A DNA stretch of 64,000 nt from Microcoleus sp. (GTDB lineage: Bacteria > Cyanobacteriota > Cyanobacteriia > Cyanobacteriales > Microcoleaceae). The stretch lies in contig JAYFMW010000028.1 of assembly GCA_042408215.1 (NCBI GenBank), forward strand, positions 1 to 64,000. Direction: 5' to 3'. Made by a program: the position numbers and the translations under genes. Of this stretch, positions 29,316 to 41,304 are shown in pieces. The notes under the pieces were generated by a model. That model saw only the letters and a list, made by a program, of their open reading frames with translations. It made no database searches and was not told the DNA's origin. Position 1 is the stretch's first letter. Every line of letters starts with the position of its first letter.

Positions 29316-29890
29316 CTATACTGATTCACCCACCATCGCTTGTCGTTCAGCTATTACATAATCCGGCACCCAAAATCTATCTACAGACATCACAATAGCA
29401 GCCGAAATAAAAATATCAACATCCTCTCCCATCTCTTTAGTTGGTAGCAAACCAAATAATTCGTCAAATTCATTGACATCTGCTAAAATGTTTTCTAAAT
29501 CATCTAAAAATTCATCTGGATAAATGCAGTGAATTGCTCCTTCATCTTCATAATATGCTTCTTCATCAGGCATGAATTGTGATGGTTTGATTTCTGCCAT
29601 CAAATAATCTAGTTTGTGAAATTCTGCTTCAGGAACGATCGCACCTACATCTTCCCCCGCTTCCTGTAACAGAATCCGATCGCCCTGAAACATCACTCGT
29701 TTCATAATCTCGATCGCATTTTCCCGAAAATCCTCAACAGTTAAGCGAAAAAATCCCTCACCTGCGATCGTCGTCACCCGATTCTCCCCCACATCCCCAC
29801 ATACCACGGAATTTCCCAAATAACCTTGCACTTCCCGCGCACTTCCAGGTACGATCGGACTATTGTCAGCAGCCTTGTGTCTTTCAGCCA
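29316..29890 (-). CDS. acidic protein with tandem Phd/YefM-like domains
   Basis: LTVEDFRENAIEIMKRV...RILL...DVGAIVP resembles the Phd fold; second weaker copy IYPDEFLDDLENILADV...AAIVMS. Confidence 0.5.
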
Positions 29891-29980
29891 TTGCTCTTTT
29901 CCCAACACTCGCATAATTGTTGACAGTATTGCACAACAGATAAAATTATAAATATATAGCTCTATGTTTTTTTACCGCCG

Positions 29981-32900
29981 ATGAAAAGCCTGTTTCTCGA
30001 TCGACTCCACCACCCCTCGCGCCCCGTCATCGTCTTCGACGGCGCAATGGGCACCAACCTACAAGTCCAAAACCTTACAGCAGAAGACTTTGGCGGCAAA
30101 GAATACGAAGGCTGTAACGAATATCTCGTCCACACCAAACCCGAAGCAGTCGCCCTAGTCCACCGAGGTTTCCTCGAAGCAGGCGCCGACGTCATCGAAA
30201 CCGACACCTTTGGGGCTGCTTCCATCGTGCTCGCCGAATACGATTTAGCAGACAAAGCCTATTATCTCAACAAAACAGCGGCAGAACTCGCCAAAAGTAT
30301 CGCCGCCGAATTTTCCACCCCAGAAAAACCGAGATTTGTTGCAGGTTCGATCGGACCTGGGACCAAATTACCAACATTAGGACACATTGATTTTGACACA
30401 CTCACCGCCGCTTTTACCGAACAAGCAGAAGGACTCTACGACGGCGGCGTTGACTTATTTATTGTCGAAACTTGTCAAGATGTGCTGCAAATAAAATCAG
30501 CATTAAATGCCATTGAAGCAGTATTCAAGAAAAAAGGCGATCGCATTCCATTAATGGTATCAGTCACAATGGAAGCCACCGGCACAATGTTAGTCGGTTC
30601 CGACATCAGCGCCGCCCTAGCCATTTTGCAGCCCTATCCCATAGACATTTTAGGATTAAATTGTGCCACCGGCCCCGATCGCATGGCCGAACATATTAAA
30701 TACCTTTCCCAACATTCACCCTTCGTCGTTTCCTGCGTTCCCAACGCCGGTTTACCCGAAAACATCGGCGGCCACGCGCACTACAAACTCACGCCCATAG
30801 AATTAAAAATGGCCTTGATGCGCTTTGTCGAAGACTTAGGCGTACAAGTCATCGGCGGCTGCTGCGGTACCCGCTACGATCACATCCGCGAACTATCAGA
30901 AATTGGCAAAACTCTCACACCCAAAATTCGCGAAACTACCTGGGAACCTTCCGCCGCCTCAATCTACAGCGCCCAACCCTACGAACAAGAGAATTCCTTC
31001 TTAATTGTCGGCGAAAGACTCAACGCCAGCGGTTCCAAAAAATGCCGCGATTTACTAAACGCTGAAGACTGGGATGGTTTAGTCGCAATGGCTAGGGAAC
31101 AAGTGCGAGAAGGCGCGCACATTCTTGATGTCAACGTCGATTATGTCGGCCGCGATGGTGTCCGCGACATGAAAGAATTAGTTTCTCGTGTTGTGACAAA
31201 TGCCACTCTCCCTTTAATGTTGGATTCCACAGAATGGGAAAAGATGGAAGCCGGCTTAAAAGTTGCGGGCGGCAAATGTTTGTTGAATTCCACTAACTAT
31301 GAAGACGGAGAACCGCGTTTTTATCAAGTTTTGGATTTGGCGAAAAAATACGGCGCTGGTATAGTGATCGGTACAATTGATGAAGATGGAATGGCGCGGA
31401 CTGCTGACCAAAAATTTGCGATCGCCCAACGCGCCTACAACGCCGCCGTCGCCCACGGAATACCCGCCCAGGAAATCTTTTTTGACACCCTAGCATTGCC
31501 AATTTCCACCGGGATTGAAGAAGACCGAAAAAATGGCAAAGCCACCATCGAATCGATCCGCCGCATTCGCCAAGAATTGCCCGGATGTCACGTAATTTTG
31601 GGAGTTTCTAACATCTCCTTCGGCTTAAATCCGGCGGCGCGGCAAGTTTTGAATTCCATGTTTTTGCACGAAGCAATGCAGGCGGGGATGGACTCAGCCA
31701 TTGTTAGCCCCAACAAGATTTTGCCCCTCGCCAAAATAGACCCCAAACATCAAGAAATCTGCCACAAACTGATTTATGATCGACGGGAGTTCGACGGCGA
31801 AATTTGCGTTTATGACCCCTTGGGCGAGCTGACAACGGTGTTTGCGGGCAAAACTACTAAGCGCGATCGCACAGAAGACGCAAACCTTCCCGTAGAACAA
31901 CGCCTCAAGCAGCACATCATCGACGGCGAACGCATTGGACTCGATATCCAACTAGCCAAAGCATTAGAAACCTATCCTCCTCTCCACATTATCAATACTT
32001 TCCTATTAGACGGGATGAAAGTAGTCGGAGAACTGTTCGGATCGGGACAAATGCAACTGCCGTTTGTATTGCAGTCAGCCGAAACCATGAAAGCGGCAGT
32101 TGCCTATTTAGAACCGTACATGGAAAAGTCCGAATCCGGCGACAATGCCAAAGGAACATTCATCATTGCTACTGTCAAGGGCGACGTTCACGACATCGGC
32201 AAAAACTTGGTTGATATTATCTTATCAAACAACGGCTATCGAGTAATTAATTTGGGAATTAAACAGCCAGTTGATAACATAATTGATGCCTACGAAAAGC
32301 ACAAAGCTGATTGTATCGCCATGAGTGGATTGCTGGTAAAATCCACGGCATTTATGAAAGAAAACTTGGAGGTATTTAACCAGAGAGGAATTACGGTTCC
32401 GGTAATTTTGGGCGGTGCAGCTTTAACTCCCAAGTTTGTGCATGAAGATTGCCAAAATACTTACAAAGGTAAAGTCGTTTACGGCAAAGATGCGTTTTCT
32501 GACTTGCATTTTATGGACAAACTCATGCCAGCAAAATCTGCTGGTAACTGGGAAGATTTGCAAGGATTTTTAGGCGAGTTTGCTGAAAATGGCAATGGGG
32601 CGGTTAAATCAGCTAAGACTTCTGAAGAAATCGCTGTTGAGGATGCGAAGAAAGCCGCCAAACTAGAAACTCCGGCTGTTATAGATACTAACCGTTCCGA
32701 AGCAGTTGATGCAAATATCGATCGCCCAAATCCTCCATTTTGGGGAACTCAGTTATTGCGGCCAGAAGAAATCCCCTTTGAAGAGATTTTCTGGCACTTA
32801 GATTTGCAAGCCTTAGTTGCTGGACAGTGGCAGTTCCGCAAGCCGAAAGACCAATCGCGGGAAGAATACGATGCTTTCTTAGCTGAGACAGTATATCCGA

Positions 32901-33544
32901 TTTTGGAACAGTGGAAACATAAAATAATCACTGAAAAACTGTTGCATCCGCAAGCAATTTACGGCTATTTTCCCTGTCAGTCTGAAGGCAATTCTTTGTA
33001 TGTGTATGACCCGGAAATTATGAAGGGCGGGCAAGATGTATCGACACCCGCAGCAACCTTCACATTTCCCCGCCAAAAATCGGCGCGCAGAATGTGCATT
33101 GCTGATTTCTTCGCACCCAAAGAATCGGGTAAAATTGATGTATTTCCGATGCAAGTAGCGACAGTGGGCGAGATTGCGACAGAGTATGCACAAAAGCTGT
33201 TTGCTAATAATCAATATACCGATTATCTCTACTTTCACGGGTTAGCGGTACAGACAGCCGAAGCAGTGGCAGAATGGACTCACGCGCGGATTCGCCGGGA
33301 ATTGGGATTTGCAAGCGAAGAACCGGATAATATTCGCGATATGCTTGCCCAAAGATATCGGGGTTCGCGCTACAGTTTCGGCTATCCTGCTTGTCCGAAT
33401 ATGGCGGATCAGTACAAGCAGTTGGATTTGTTGAAGTGCGATCGCATTAACCTATATATGGATGAAAGCGAACAACTTTATCCCGAACAATCTACAACCG
33501 CAATTATCACCTATCATCCAGCAGCGAAATACTTTACTGCTTAA
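29981..33544 (+). CDS. metH: cobalamin-dependent methionine synthase
   Basis: [37 protein letters not shown]. Confidence 0.97.
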   Translation: MKSLFLDRLHHPSRPVIVFDGAMGTNLQVQNLTAEDFGGKEYEGCNEYLVHTKPEAVALVHRGFLEAGADVIETDTFGAASIVLAEYDLADKAYYLNKTAAELAKSIAAEFSTPEKPRFVAGSIGPGTKLPTLGHIDFDTLTAAFTEQAEGLYDGGVDLFIVETCQDVLQIKSALNAIEAVFKKKGDRIPLMVSVTMEATGTMLVGSDISAALAILQPYPIDILGLNCATGPDRMAEHIKYLSQHSPFVVSCVPNAGLPENIGGHAHYKLTPIELKMALMRFVEDLGVQVIGGCCGTRYDHIRELSEIGKTLTPKIRETTWEPSAASIYSAQPYEQENSFLIVGERLNASGSKKCRDLLNAEDWDGLVAMAREQVREGAHILDVNVDYVGRDGVRDMKELVSRVVTNATLPLMLDSTEWEKMEAGLKVAGGKCLLNSTNYEDGEPRFYQVLDLAKKYGAGIVIGTIDEDGMARTADQKFAIAQRAYNAAVAHGIPAQEIFFDTLALPISTGIEEDRKNGKATIESIRRIRQELPGCHVILGVSNISFGLNPAARQVLNSMFLHEAMQAGMDSAIVSPNKILPLAKIDPKHQEICHKLIYDRREFDGEICVYDPLGELTTVFAGKTTKRDRTEDANLPVEQRLKQHIIDGERIGLDIQLAKALETYPPLHIINTFLLDGMKVVGELFGSGQMQLPFVLQSAETMKAAVAYLEPYMEKSESGDNAKGTFIIATVKGDVHDIGKNLVDIILSNNGYRVINLGIKQPVDNIIDAYEKHKADCIAMSGLLVKSTAFMKENLEVFNQRGITVPVILGGAALTPKFVHEDCQNTYKGKVVYGKDAFSDLHFMDKLMPAKSAGNWEDLQGFLGEFAENGNGAVKSAKTSEEIAVEDAKKAAKLETPAVIDTNRSEAVDANIDRPNPPFWGTQLLRPEEIPFEEIFWHLDLQALVAGQWQFRKPKDQSREEYDAFLAETVYPILEQWKHKIITEKLLHPQAIYGYFPCQSEGNSLYVYDPEIMKGGQDVSTPAATFTFPRQKSARRMCIADFFAPKESGKIDVFPMQVATVGEIATEYAQKLFANNQYTDYLYFHGLAVQTAEAVAEWTHARIRRELGFASEEPDNIRDMLAQRYRGSRYSFGYPACPNMADQYKQLDLLKCDRINLYMDESEQLYPEQSTTAIITYHPAAKYFTA

Positions 33545-33604
33545 TTTGTAGGGTGCACATTGTGCACCTTTTTCTCGTTTTTCTACTCGTTACCAGGCTC
33601 TACC

Positions 33605-33798
33605 GATTGGTGACAACTTAACGTTAAATCTTTAGTCTCTCTTGTTTATCTCGAAGTCTAGATCCCCCCTAGCCCCCCTTAATAAGGGGGGGACAAGAGT
33701 ATTATCAAAGTCCCCCTTCTTAAGGGGGATTTAGGGGGATCGAGACTCGACTACAAGCGACATTTATTATGGATTTCAGTGTTAAGTTGTCACCAATG
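33605..33798. mobile_element. MITE-like element (same family as 14991-15191, opposite orientation) within a CTCGTT.CCAGG palindrome
   Basis: attggtgacaacttaac ... gttaagttgtcaccaatg; flanks ctcgttaccaggctctacc / ggtagaacctgggaacgag. Confidence 0.78.
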
Positions 33799-33865
33799 GG
33801 TAGAACCTGGGAACGAGAAAAATGTCCCATGCCCGATGCCCAATGCCCAATGCCCGAGATCCATC

Positions 33866-34489
33866 TTACGAGTGATTGCGGGGAGTGCGCGCGCCGGCAG
33901 ATGCTCCAGCCATTGATGCAACTAAACCCAGCAGGGAGCCGAACAAAAACGACCAGCCAGCCTTTGCAGCATTACCAGCAATATTGCGAGTATCCTGAGC
34001 AGTTACGTTAGGCGGTTGGTTCGGTAAATTTACCCCGCCTTGCTGCGCTTGATTGAGCGCTTCTCCAGCATTAGCGGCGATTACGCCAAAAGTACCAGCT
34101 ACGCCATTTGCTAACAGCCAAGAGCCGATTGTTAAGGTAGTTGCCCACAAAATTGCTCCGTTCAAAAGCGCTGTGCTGCGGTTCATCGGCCCGCAGGCGC
34201 GAGCTGTTACCCAACCGCCAATGCCCAAGCTGATTAGCAAACTGATAATTGACCAAATTCCGACGCCGGTACCCACGTCCCCTGCTATACTGCGCGGAGC
34301 TCCTGAACTAGCAATGTTGCTCAACCCGATCGCAGCGCCCAATGCACTTAAAACCAGTTGTGTGCCGATCGCAATTACCAAACCTGAGAAAATCGGGCCC
34401 CACCGCACTCGATCGTGATATTCCATCACTGAATTCACCACCACGGGTTCGGTAACAAAGTTATCTACAGGTCTATTTACGTATGCCAT
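33866..34489 (-). CDS. conserved membrane protein
   Basis: DRVRWGPIFSG and four hydrophobic Gly/Ala-rich helices. Confidence 0.7.
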   Translation of the reverse strand: MAYVNRPVDNFVTEPVVVNSVMEYHDRVRWGPIFSGLVIAIGTQLVLSALGAAIGLSNIASSGAPRSIAGDVGTGVGIWSIISLLISLGIGGWVTARACGPMNRSTALLNGAILWATTLTIGSWLLANGVAGTFGVIAANAGEALNQAQQGGVNLPNQPPNVTAQDTRNIAGNAAKAGWSFLFGSLLGLVASMAGASAGARTPRNHS

Positions 34490-34811
34490 AGCTTTTCCTT
34501 TCCTCTGAGACTTGCTTTTATTTTTAACAATCTTTCACCTAAGCATTGATTGTGGCTGAGATTGATAGAAACTATATCTGTCTGGGGAAATAACCGCTCT
34601 CTATGTCTGAAGAAAGAAACGAACAAGTCATCAGCCCTCAACCAGCAGCTATTAGCTAATAAGCTTCTCCCGTAATAGTTGTGAAACAGGCATCCTGCCT
34701 GTGGTTGACTATCTTTTTAGGAGAAGTCTATTCACTGATGGCGGATGACTGATGACTGATGGCGATTCTATCCAGTTATAAAAGTTGGGGGATGTATAGA
34801 AAAAAGACAGC

Positions 34812-35138
34812 TTAGCGCAGTCTTACCGCTGTCCCAACGGCAGTAATCAGCAGCAGAGCCCCGGAAGAGTCTACATTAATCGTGCCGGTGTCAATTTCCA
34901 CTCCGATGACGGCATTTGCTCCCAGCCTCTGAGCCCGTTTTTCGAGTTCTGCGAGTGCATCTCGCTGTCCTTTGAGGAACACTTCCTCGTAACTGCCGGT
35001 GCGCCCGCCGATGATGTCGCGAATACCCGCGAAGAAATCTCGCAGGGCGTTGGTGCCGTAAACCACCTCAGCAGTTACAATTCCCAAGTAAGATTGAATT
35101 TCTGCTCCTTGGATGATATCAGTTGTTGTTACAATCAT
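34812..35138 (-). CDS. YbjQ/UPF0145 family protein
   Basis: MIVTTTD.I.G..I..YLG.V, RDIIGGR...YE, GANAVIG, GTAV. Confidence 0.9.
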   Translation of the reverse strand: MIVTTTDIIQGAEIQSYLGIVTAEVVYGTNALRDFFAGIRDIIGGRTGSYEEVFLKGQRDALAELEKRAQRLGANAVIGVEIDTGTINVDSSGALLLITAVGTAVRLR

Positions 35139-35288
35139 CAGTTGGCCTCGATCGCGAAAATTTTGAGTTAGTCTTGTTCTGTAGATTTACTACATCTCGT
35201 CGCTCAGAGATTCCTGGTACATCCTCAGTTGTCTGTTTGGCAAACTGACATTAATTCGCTCTTTCATTTCACACACTCTTTGAAACAA

Positions 35289-36389
35289 ATGGCCGTGTAC
35301 AAACAAATTCTCTTGGTATTCAGTACGTTGTTGGTGGCGGGACTCGCTGTCACTGCGCCGATCGGGGCACTCTCAGCAGAAACGTCTGTTGAAGTTAACC
35401 CTGAAAATAATTCAAATTTGGATGCTTTGCTGCGAAAAGGACGCGAGTTGGTCGATTTGGGAGACTACGGTAAGGCGATCGCCATTTATGAGCAAGCCGC
35501 CCGTTTAGATACTGAAAACCCGCGCATTTTTTCCGGTATTGGTTATTTAGAAGCGCGTCAGGGCAACTATCAAGCAGCAGTAGAATTTTACCAACAAGCG
35601 ATCGGTCTGGAACCCAACAATGCTGACTTTCAATACGCCCTAGGATATGCTATGGCGAATTTGCAAAACTATCCCGCTGCTGCTACCGCCTACCGCCGCG
35701 CCGCTGTGCTCGATCGCAAAAATGTTAATGCCCTGATCGGTCTTGGCGTGGTACTATTTCAGCAACAAGATTACAGCGGCGCTTTTAAAGCTTACCAACA
35801 GGCGATCGCGATCGACCCGAAAAGTTGGCAAGCTTATTCTTCAATGGGTTTAGTATTAATCCAGCAAGGAAACTTTGCTAGTGCAGTTAATCTGCTCCAA
35901 CAAGCCGCCAAACTCGCTCCCAAACAAGCCAGCGTACAGTTAAAATTAGGTACTGCTTTACTCCGTAGTGGCAACACTTCCGAAGGGCTGGCAGCTTTTG
36001 AAGAAGCTGCTAAACTAGAGCCTCGGAATCCAGAAGTGCAGTTAGAAATCGGCCAACTTCTCAAAGCTCAAAACGACTTCGACGGAGCGCTTGTAGCTTA
36101 TCAGCGTGCGATTACGGTGCGACCTAATTTAGTCCAAGCACACGCAGCGATCGGGGAAATTCAACTGGAAAAACAAGATTTCTTAGGAGCGATTATCACT
36201 TTTCGGCGCGTGATTCAGCTTGACCCTAACAGAGCCGAAGCTTATTATAACTTGGGTACTGCTCTCCAAAGGCGCGATCGCACATCCGAAGCAATTCAAG
36301 CTTTTCAACAAGCCCTCGATACTTATCGCCAGCAAGGTAACAATGATGGTGCAGAAAAAGCTGAGGCGGCGCTCATGGAACTCAAGTAA
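35289..36389 (+). CDS. secreted TPR protein
   Basis: Signal peptide followed by about 9 TPRs. Confidence 0.85.
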   Translation: MAVYKQILLVFSTLLVAGLAVTAPIGALSAETSVEVNPENNSNLDALLRKGRELVDLGDYGKAIAIYEQAARLDTENPRIFSGIGYLEARQGNYQAAVEFYQQAIGLEPNNADFQYALGYAMANLQNYPAAATAYRRAAVLDRKNVNALIGLGVVLFQQQDYSGAFKAYQQAIAIDPKSWQAYSSMGLVLIQQGNFASAVNLLQQAAKLAPKQASVQLKLGTALLRSGNTSEGLAAFEEAAKLEPRNPEVQLEIGQLLKAQNDFDGALVAYQRAITVRPNLVQAHAAIGEIQLEKQDFLGAIITFRRVIQLDPNRAEAYYNLGTALQRRDRTSEAIQAFQQALDTYRQQGNNDGAEKAEAALMELK

Positions 36390-36616
36390 TTGGGAATTGG
36401 GCATTGGGCATTGGGCATTGTTAACTGTTGACTGTTAACTGTTGACTGTTAACGAATAACGAATAACGAATAACGAATAACTAATAACTAATAACCAATG
36501 CCCAATGCCCGATGCCCGATGCCCAATGCCCGATGCCCAATGCCCAATGCCCGATGCCCGATGCCCGATGCCCAATGCCCGATGCCCAATGCCCAATGCC
36601 CAATGCCCAATGCCCC
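36388..36616. repeat. compound STRR tract
   Basis: TGGGCAT, TTAACTG, CGAATAA, CTAATAA and long CCAATGC/CCGATGC heptamer runs. Confidence 0.92.
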
Positions 36617-36634
36617 ATCCTCAGAGCTTCATCT

Positions 36635-38323
36635 ATGCAAACCTATGATGTGATTATCATCGGAGCTGGTCACAACGGACTGGTCTGTGCCTCTTATCTC
36701 CTCAAAGCGGGATATACCGTCCTCTTGTTAGAAAAACGTTCGGTTCCCGGCGGCGCCGCAACTACCGAAGCTGTGATTCCCGAATTGCCGGATTTTAAAT
36801 TCAACCTTTGTGCGATCGACCACGAATTTATCCATTTAGGGCCTGTTGTCGAAGAATTAGAATTGGGAAAATACGGATTAGAATATCTCGAATGCGATCC
36901 GGTTGTCTTTTGTCCCCATCCCGACGGCAAGTATTTTTTAGCTCACAAATCCCTCGAAAAAACCTGTGCTGAAATTGCCCGATACAGCGAACGAGATGCT
37001 AAAAAATATGCCGAATATACCGATTATTGGCAACGCGCTTTAAATGCCATGATTCCGATGTTCAATGCGCCTCCCAAGTCGATTATAGATATTGCTGGCA
37101 ACTATAATATTGCCCAACTCAAAGATTTATTTTCAGTCATCGGTTCCCCAGAAAAAAGCCTGGATTTTGTACGCACGATGCTCGCCAGCGCTGAGGACAT
37201 TCTTAATGAGTGGTTTGATGAGGAATTTCTGAAAGCACCCTTAGCCAGATTGTCCGCAGAATTGGGTGCTCCTCCATCGCAAAAAACGATCGCGATCGGC
37301 GCAATTATGATGGCAATGCGCCACAATCCAGGTATGGCAAGACCGCGCGGAGGTACGGGTGCATTAGTCCAAGCGCTGCTCAATTTAGTCAAAAGCTACG
37401 GGGGTGTGGTACTTACCGATCGGCACGTCGAGAAAATATTAGTTGATGATGGCCGCGCTGTGGGAGTTCGAGTTGCCGGTGGCACAGAATATCGAGCTAC
37501 AAAAGGTGTCATTTCTAATATTGATGCGAAGCGTTTGTTTTTGCTAATTGATGACAGCGATGTCGATGCTGCTGACCCGAATTTGCGGGAAAGATTGGAA
37601 CGCAAAATTGTTAATAACAACGAAAGTATTCTGAAAATAGATTTGGCTCTGAATGAGGCTCCAAAGTTCGATCGCTGGAATCATCAAGATGAATATTTAA
37701 TCGGTTCTATTTTGATTGCCGATTCGGTGAAACACGTTGAGATTGCTCATACTCAGCCTGCGATCGGCAAAATTCCTGATGCCGATCCGTCGATGTATGT
37801 GGTGGTGCCCACAATGCGAGATCCATCAATGGCTCCCCCCGGACATCATACGGTTTGGATTGAATTTTTTGCTCCTTACCAAATCGAAAATGCTGAGGGA
37901 ACTGGGCTCAACGGTACGGGTTGGACGGACGAATTGAAGCACAAAGTTGCCGATCGATGTATTGACAAATTGGCAGAATATGCACCCAATATCAAGAACG
38001 CAATTATCGGGCGGCGGGTGGAAAGTCCGGCAGAATTGGGAGAGCGTTTGGGGGCTTTTAAGGGGAATTGTTACCACATTGACATGACGCTGGATCAGAT
38101 GATATTTTTCCGCCCTTTACCGGAGTTGGCTAATTACAAAACGCCGATCGACGGTTTGTATCTCACGGGGGCGGGTACCCATCCGGGCGGCTCGATTTCG
38201 GGGATGCCCGGACGCAATACGGCTCGCGTTTTCATGCACGCTCAGCAGCCGATCGCGCAGATTTTGGCGGATGTGACCAATTCTTTGAAATCGACGGCTA
38301 AGTCGGTGTTTCGAGGGCATTAG
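36635..38323 (+). CDS. crtO: CrtO-type beta-carotene ketolase (phytoene dehydrogenase family)
   Basis: IIGAGHNGL FAD motif, FNLCAIDHEFIHLGP, GAGTHPGGSISGMPGRN. Confidence 0.85.
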   Translation: MQTYDVIIIGAGHNGLVCASYLLKAGYTVLLLEKRSVPGGAATTEAVIPELPDFKFNLCAIDHEFIHLGPVVEELELGKYGLEYLECDPVVFCPHPDGKYFLAHKSLEKTCAEIARYSERDAKKYAEYTDYWQRALNAMIPMFNAPPKSIIDIAGNYNIAQLKDLFSVIGSPEKSLDFVRTMLASAEDILNEWFDEEFLKAPLARLSAELGAPPSQKTIAIGAIMMAMRHNPGMARPRGGTGALVQALLNLVKSYGGVVLTDRHVEKILVDDGRAVGVRVAGGTEYRATKGVISNIDAKRLFLLIDDSDVDAADPNLRERLERKIVNNNESILKIDLALNEAPKFDRWNHQDEYLIGSILIADSVKHVEIAHTQPAIGKIPDADPSMYVVVPTMRDPSMAPPGHHTVWIEFFAPYQIENAEGTGLNGTGWTDELKHKVADRCIDKLAEYAPNIKNAIIGRRVESPAELGERLGAFKGNCYHIDMTLDQMIFFRPLPELANYKTPIDGLYLTGAGTHPGGSISGMPGRNTARVFMHAQQPIAQILADVTNSLKSTAKSVFRGH

Positions 38324-38444
38324 AAGTAAGATTTTTTAACCGCAGATGAACGCAGGTGAACGCAGATGGCAATGTGAGTCATCTGCGTTTATTTGTGTTG
38401 ATTGGCGAAGTTGAGCGTTCCTCAGATTGAGTGGGTGCTGTGTA

Positions 38445-38762
38445 TTAATGTCGCTTCTTTTGATTGGAAGGCGGTTTAACAGACTCTTCTCTATTTAAGT
38501 AATATAAAAGCGCGATCGATCCCCCGATCAGGACAACGGCTACTATTATCATAGTAGCCATTATTTTTAAACCAGATGAGTATACCATCAGAATTAACCC
38601 CAGATAAGGGACTCCTAACAAAATAGCAGTACCTAGGGTTTTTAAGGGCGTCCACTTAATCTTGAGTGTCGTGGTTTTGTATGGTTGACCAGTAAGTTTG
38701 TAGTGTTCTTTAGATGGGCCTAAAGGTTGTACAGGCGGTACTATGGGTTTGTGAGGAGGCAT
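38445..38762 (-). CDS. small 2-TM membrane protein
   Basis: Two hydrophobic helices, basic tail. Confidence 0.6.
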   Translation of the reverse strand: MPPHKPIVPPVQPLGPSKEHYKLTGQPYKTTTLKIKWTPLKTLGTAILLGVPYLGLILMVYSSGLKIMATMIIVAVVLIGGSIALLYYLNREESVKPPSNQKKRH

Positions 38763-38996
38763 ACCGTACTCTTGGAGATCAGTTCGTTAATAGTTATTTT
38801 TTCTGGGGTTTGCTATTTGATCCGGATTAAACTTGAGAAATATGTAAATTAGAAGTTGTTGGGGATACAATACAAAATGGCGATTGCGTTGCTGCATCTC
38901 CAAATCTACATTTATTTTCCGGAGCGACTTACCCAATTCATGTATTAAGTAATCATCCTTAGTGACAAGACAATTTGTATTGAGTTGAGTAGGGTT

Positions 38997-39698
38997 ATGA
39001 TTGATATCGATATTACAAGTTTTGACTTTGCAGACTTTGGCTGCTCTAACGGTAGCTCAATTCAATTTGGAATGGAGGTACTCAAAGGGCGTAAGGGATT
39101 CGGCATCGATCTCGATCCGAAGAAAATAGTATCAGCTAAAGCTGCTGGATATGAAGCCATCAAAGGAGATTTTTGCAATCTCGATCTCCCAGATGGTTGC
39201 GTAGATTTTACAATTCTCAGCCATACTTTAGAGCATTTACCAACTTTAGATTGTGCCAAAGAAGCAATAAAAAATGCTCTCCGAATATCGAGAAAGTTCG
39301 TTTTTATTAGAGGTCCTTTTTTCGATGCTGATGACTACTTGAAATCTTTAGGTCTCAAATTCTATTGGTCTGACTGGATCGGTCATACTTTGCATCTAAA
39401 AGCTGAGCAAGTAATGAACATTCTTGAAGATATAAACACGCCCAACTATGAAATATATGGGAGAGTTCTGCTTGAATCTTCGAGAGATGCAACTATTCAC
39501 CCGCTATCATCACTTAAAAACCAACATCAGTGGGTTATGGAAAAACATGGAGTAAAACCAATATTGACACTCACTCAAGCAATTTACAGAGAATTTATTG
39601 GTATTATTTGGTTGTCTAAGGATGTAAGTGTCTCTGATGTCCGAAATGTGTCACACAAACATTTGCTTTATCAAAAAGGGACACTTTTTCCTCTATAG
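38997..39698 (+). CDS. class I SAM-dependent methyltransferase
   Basis: DFGCSNG, GIDLD, SHTLEHL. Confidence 0.8.
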   Translation: MIDIDITSFDFADFGCSNGSSIQFGMEVLKGRKGFGIDLDPKKIVSAKAAGYEAIKGDFCNLDLPDGCVDFTILSHTLEHLPTLDCAKEAIKNALRISRKFVFIRGPFFDADDYLKSLGLKFYWSDWIGHTLHLKAEQVMNILEDINTPNYEIYGRVLLESSRDATIHPLSSLKNQHQWVMEKHGVKPILTLTQAIYREFIGIIWLSKDVSVSDVRNVSHKHLLYQKGTLFPL

Positions 39699-39763
39699 TT
39701 AATTACCTTGGGAATGGTAATAAGTTAAGCGATCGTATCTTAAACTTATTACCATTCATCTAT

Positions 39764-40445
39764 TCACTTTAAGTCTCTTCTTTTTCGACCAATAAATCTA
39801 AATGCTTTGGTCATTAAATCGACTTGACTGAATTTATTTTGATCGACATCTTTAGGGATTTCCTTCGTTTCGTAAAACACTGAGTGATCTTCTATATTCC
39901 AAGGCTGTTTACCAACATAACTTAGAAAAGATGAAGATGTCATTTTGTTTAAAAAATGTCCTGATGTTTTGCTATCCTTAAGAGGATTATCAGTTAAATA
40001 ATATTCGGAATTTTATTGTAAATGCTCCCAATTTTCCAGACGTTTTCCGTCGAAGTTAACGTGGCTTCCGTAACTTGAATAATACAAGGGATTAACAGTT
40101 AGATACAAAATGCCATTGACCTTTAAGATTCTGTTCATCTCCGAAAGAGAAGAATCTAGGTTTTGAACGTGTTCTAAAACAGAATGTGACACTATAATAT
40201 CTAAGCTTTTATCCTCTACTGGGATCGGGCTAACCCCATCATAGAGTAGAAACTTAACTCCAGGATGGTGAGAAGAATAATCTTCTACATCTCAACCATA
40301 AACCGGATCAAACTTTTCCTTTTAAAATTGACCAAATCCCCATTTTCCCATGCCAAACTCTAGTAAAGTTTGGGTTTTAGATAACTTGACTTTAGATGAT
40401 AGGTGTGTAAACAAATCATCAAAAATTTTCCTAGTTAGTTCCCAT
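39764..40445 (-). pseudogene. class I SAM methyltransferase pseudogene (not in ORF track)
   Basis: Manual translation M(fs)ELTRK..LLEFGMGKWGF..DIIVSHSVLEHV..EMNRILKVNG; in-frame stops at 40322-40324, 40292-40294, 40013-40015 and an extra G after ATG. Confidence 0.8.
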
Positions 40446-41240
40446 CTATCTTGAATTGTGTACATGAGTTACCTCCTCAGTTTTTTGGAAAATTGTAAAA
40501 AATTCATTGTCAGGCTTTTCAATATCCTTGGAATCAACAAGCTTTAAATCAATATATTTTGACGCATACAGCTCCTTGCAGATATTCGTAAAAGAGTGAA
40601 AGTCAAAAATATTACAATGTACATCAACATATCCCTTCCTAGAGACTTCTGAACGAGCTAATTCTAAAGCTTCAAATGCAGTCGAAAAACGTTTTTGATT
40701 GAGGAGTTCTTGAAAATCTCCTTTCCACACATCAAGGGCTGAAATAGGTCTGTAAAAGTAAAGATGCTCAAATACCTGATAAATTGTCGGTATGTTCAGG
40801 TCTTCATCATAATTCCGAATGATTTGCGATAAAGATGTCAGGTTTCTTATTTTGTCAAAAGTATATTCTTTATGGGGAACAGAAAGAAATAAAAAGCCAT
40901 CTTTTTTGAGAATTGAAGATACATTATTGAACCAACCAATGATATTCGGAATATGTTCTATTACATGATTGGCAATCACTAAATCAAATTCTTGATTAAT
41001 AGGCTTGTGAAAGTTTTTGTCTTTGACAACAAAATCAACTTCAACTAGATTTTCTGCCTTCTGCGGATTGTTATATTGGTGTTTGAGATACAGTTCAGCT
41101 TTAGAAAACCAATCCAGGTAAAATATATTAGCTTCTGCTTTATGAAAGGTAGGATTATCAAGAGCACCAATTTCGAGAATTTTAGCCGATGATAGCTCGA
41201 TAATTTTTTTTACAAACAATTGACGTGATGACTTTGGCAT
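40446..41240 (-). CDS. class I SAM-dependent methyltransferase
   Basis: ILEIGAL, DLVIANHVIEHIP, LKKDG.LFLSVP. Confidence 0.8.
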   Translation of the reverse strand: MPKSSRQLFVKKIIELSSAKILEIGALDNPTFHKAEANIFYLDWFSKAELYLKHQYNNPQKAENLVEVDFVVKDKNFHKPINQEFDLVIANHVIEHIPNIIGWFNNVSSILKKDGFLFLSVPHKEYTFDKIRNLTSLSQIIRNYDEDLNIPTIYQVFEHLYFYRPISALDVWKGDFQELLNQKRFSTAFEALELARSEVSRKGYVDVHCNIFDFHSFTNICKELYASKYIDLKLVDSKDIEKPDNEFFTIFQKTEEVTHVHNSR

Positions 41241-41304
41241 AACTATTTTTCCTGCTTCGGGTTGTCTCAAGTATTGGAAATTATTTAAAGTAGCAAAAAA
41301 ACTA

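Noticed and set aside
36512..36634. Cys/Met-rich MPDAQCP N-terminal extension of CrtO as a metal-binding domain
   Set aside because: It is a translation of heptamer STRR DNA; the family-like start is MQTYDV at 36635
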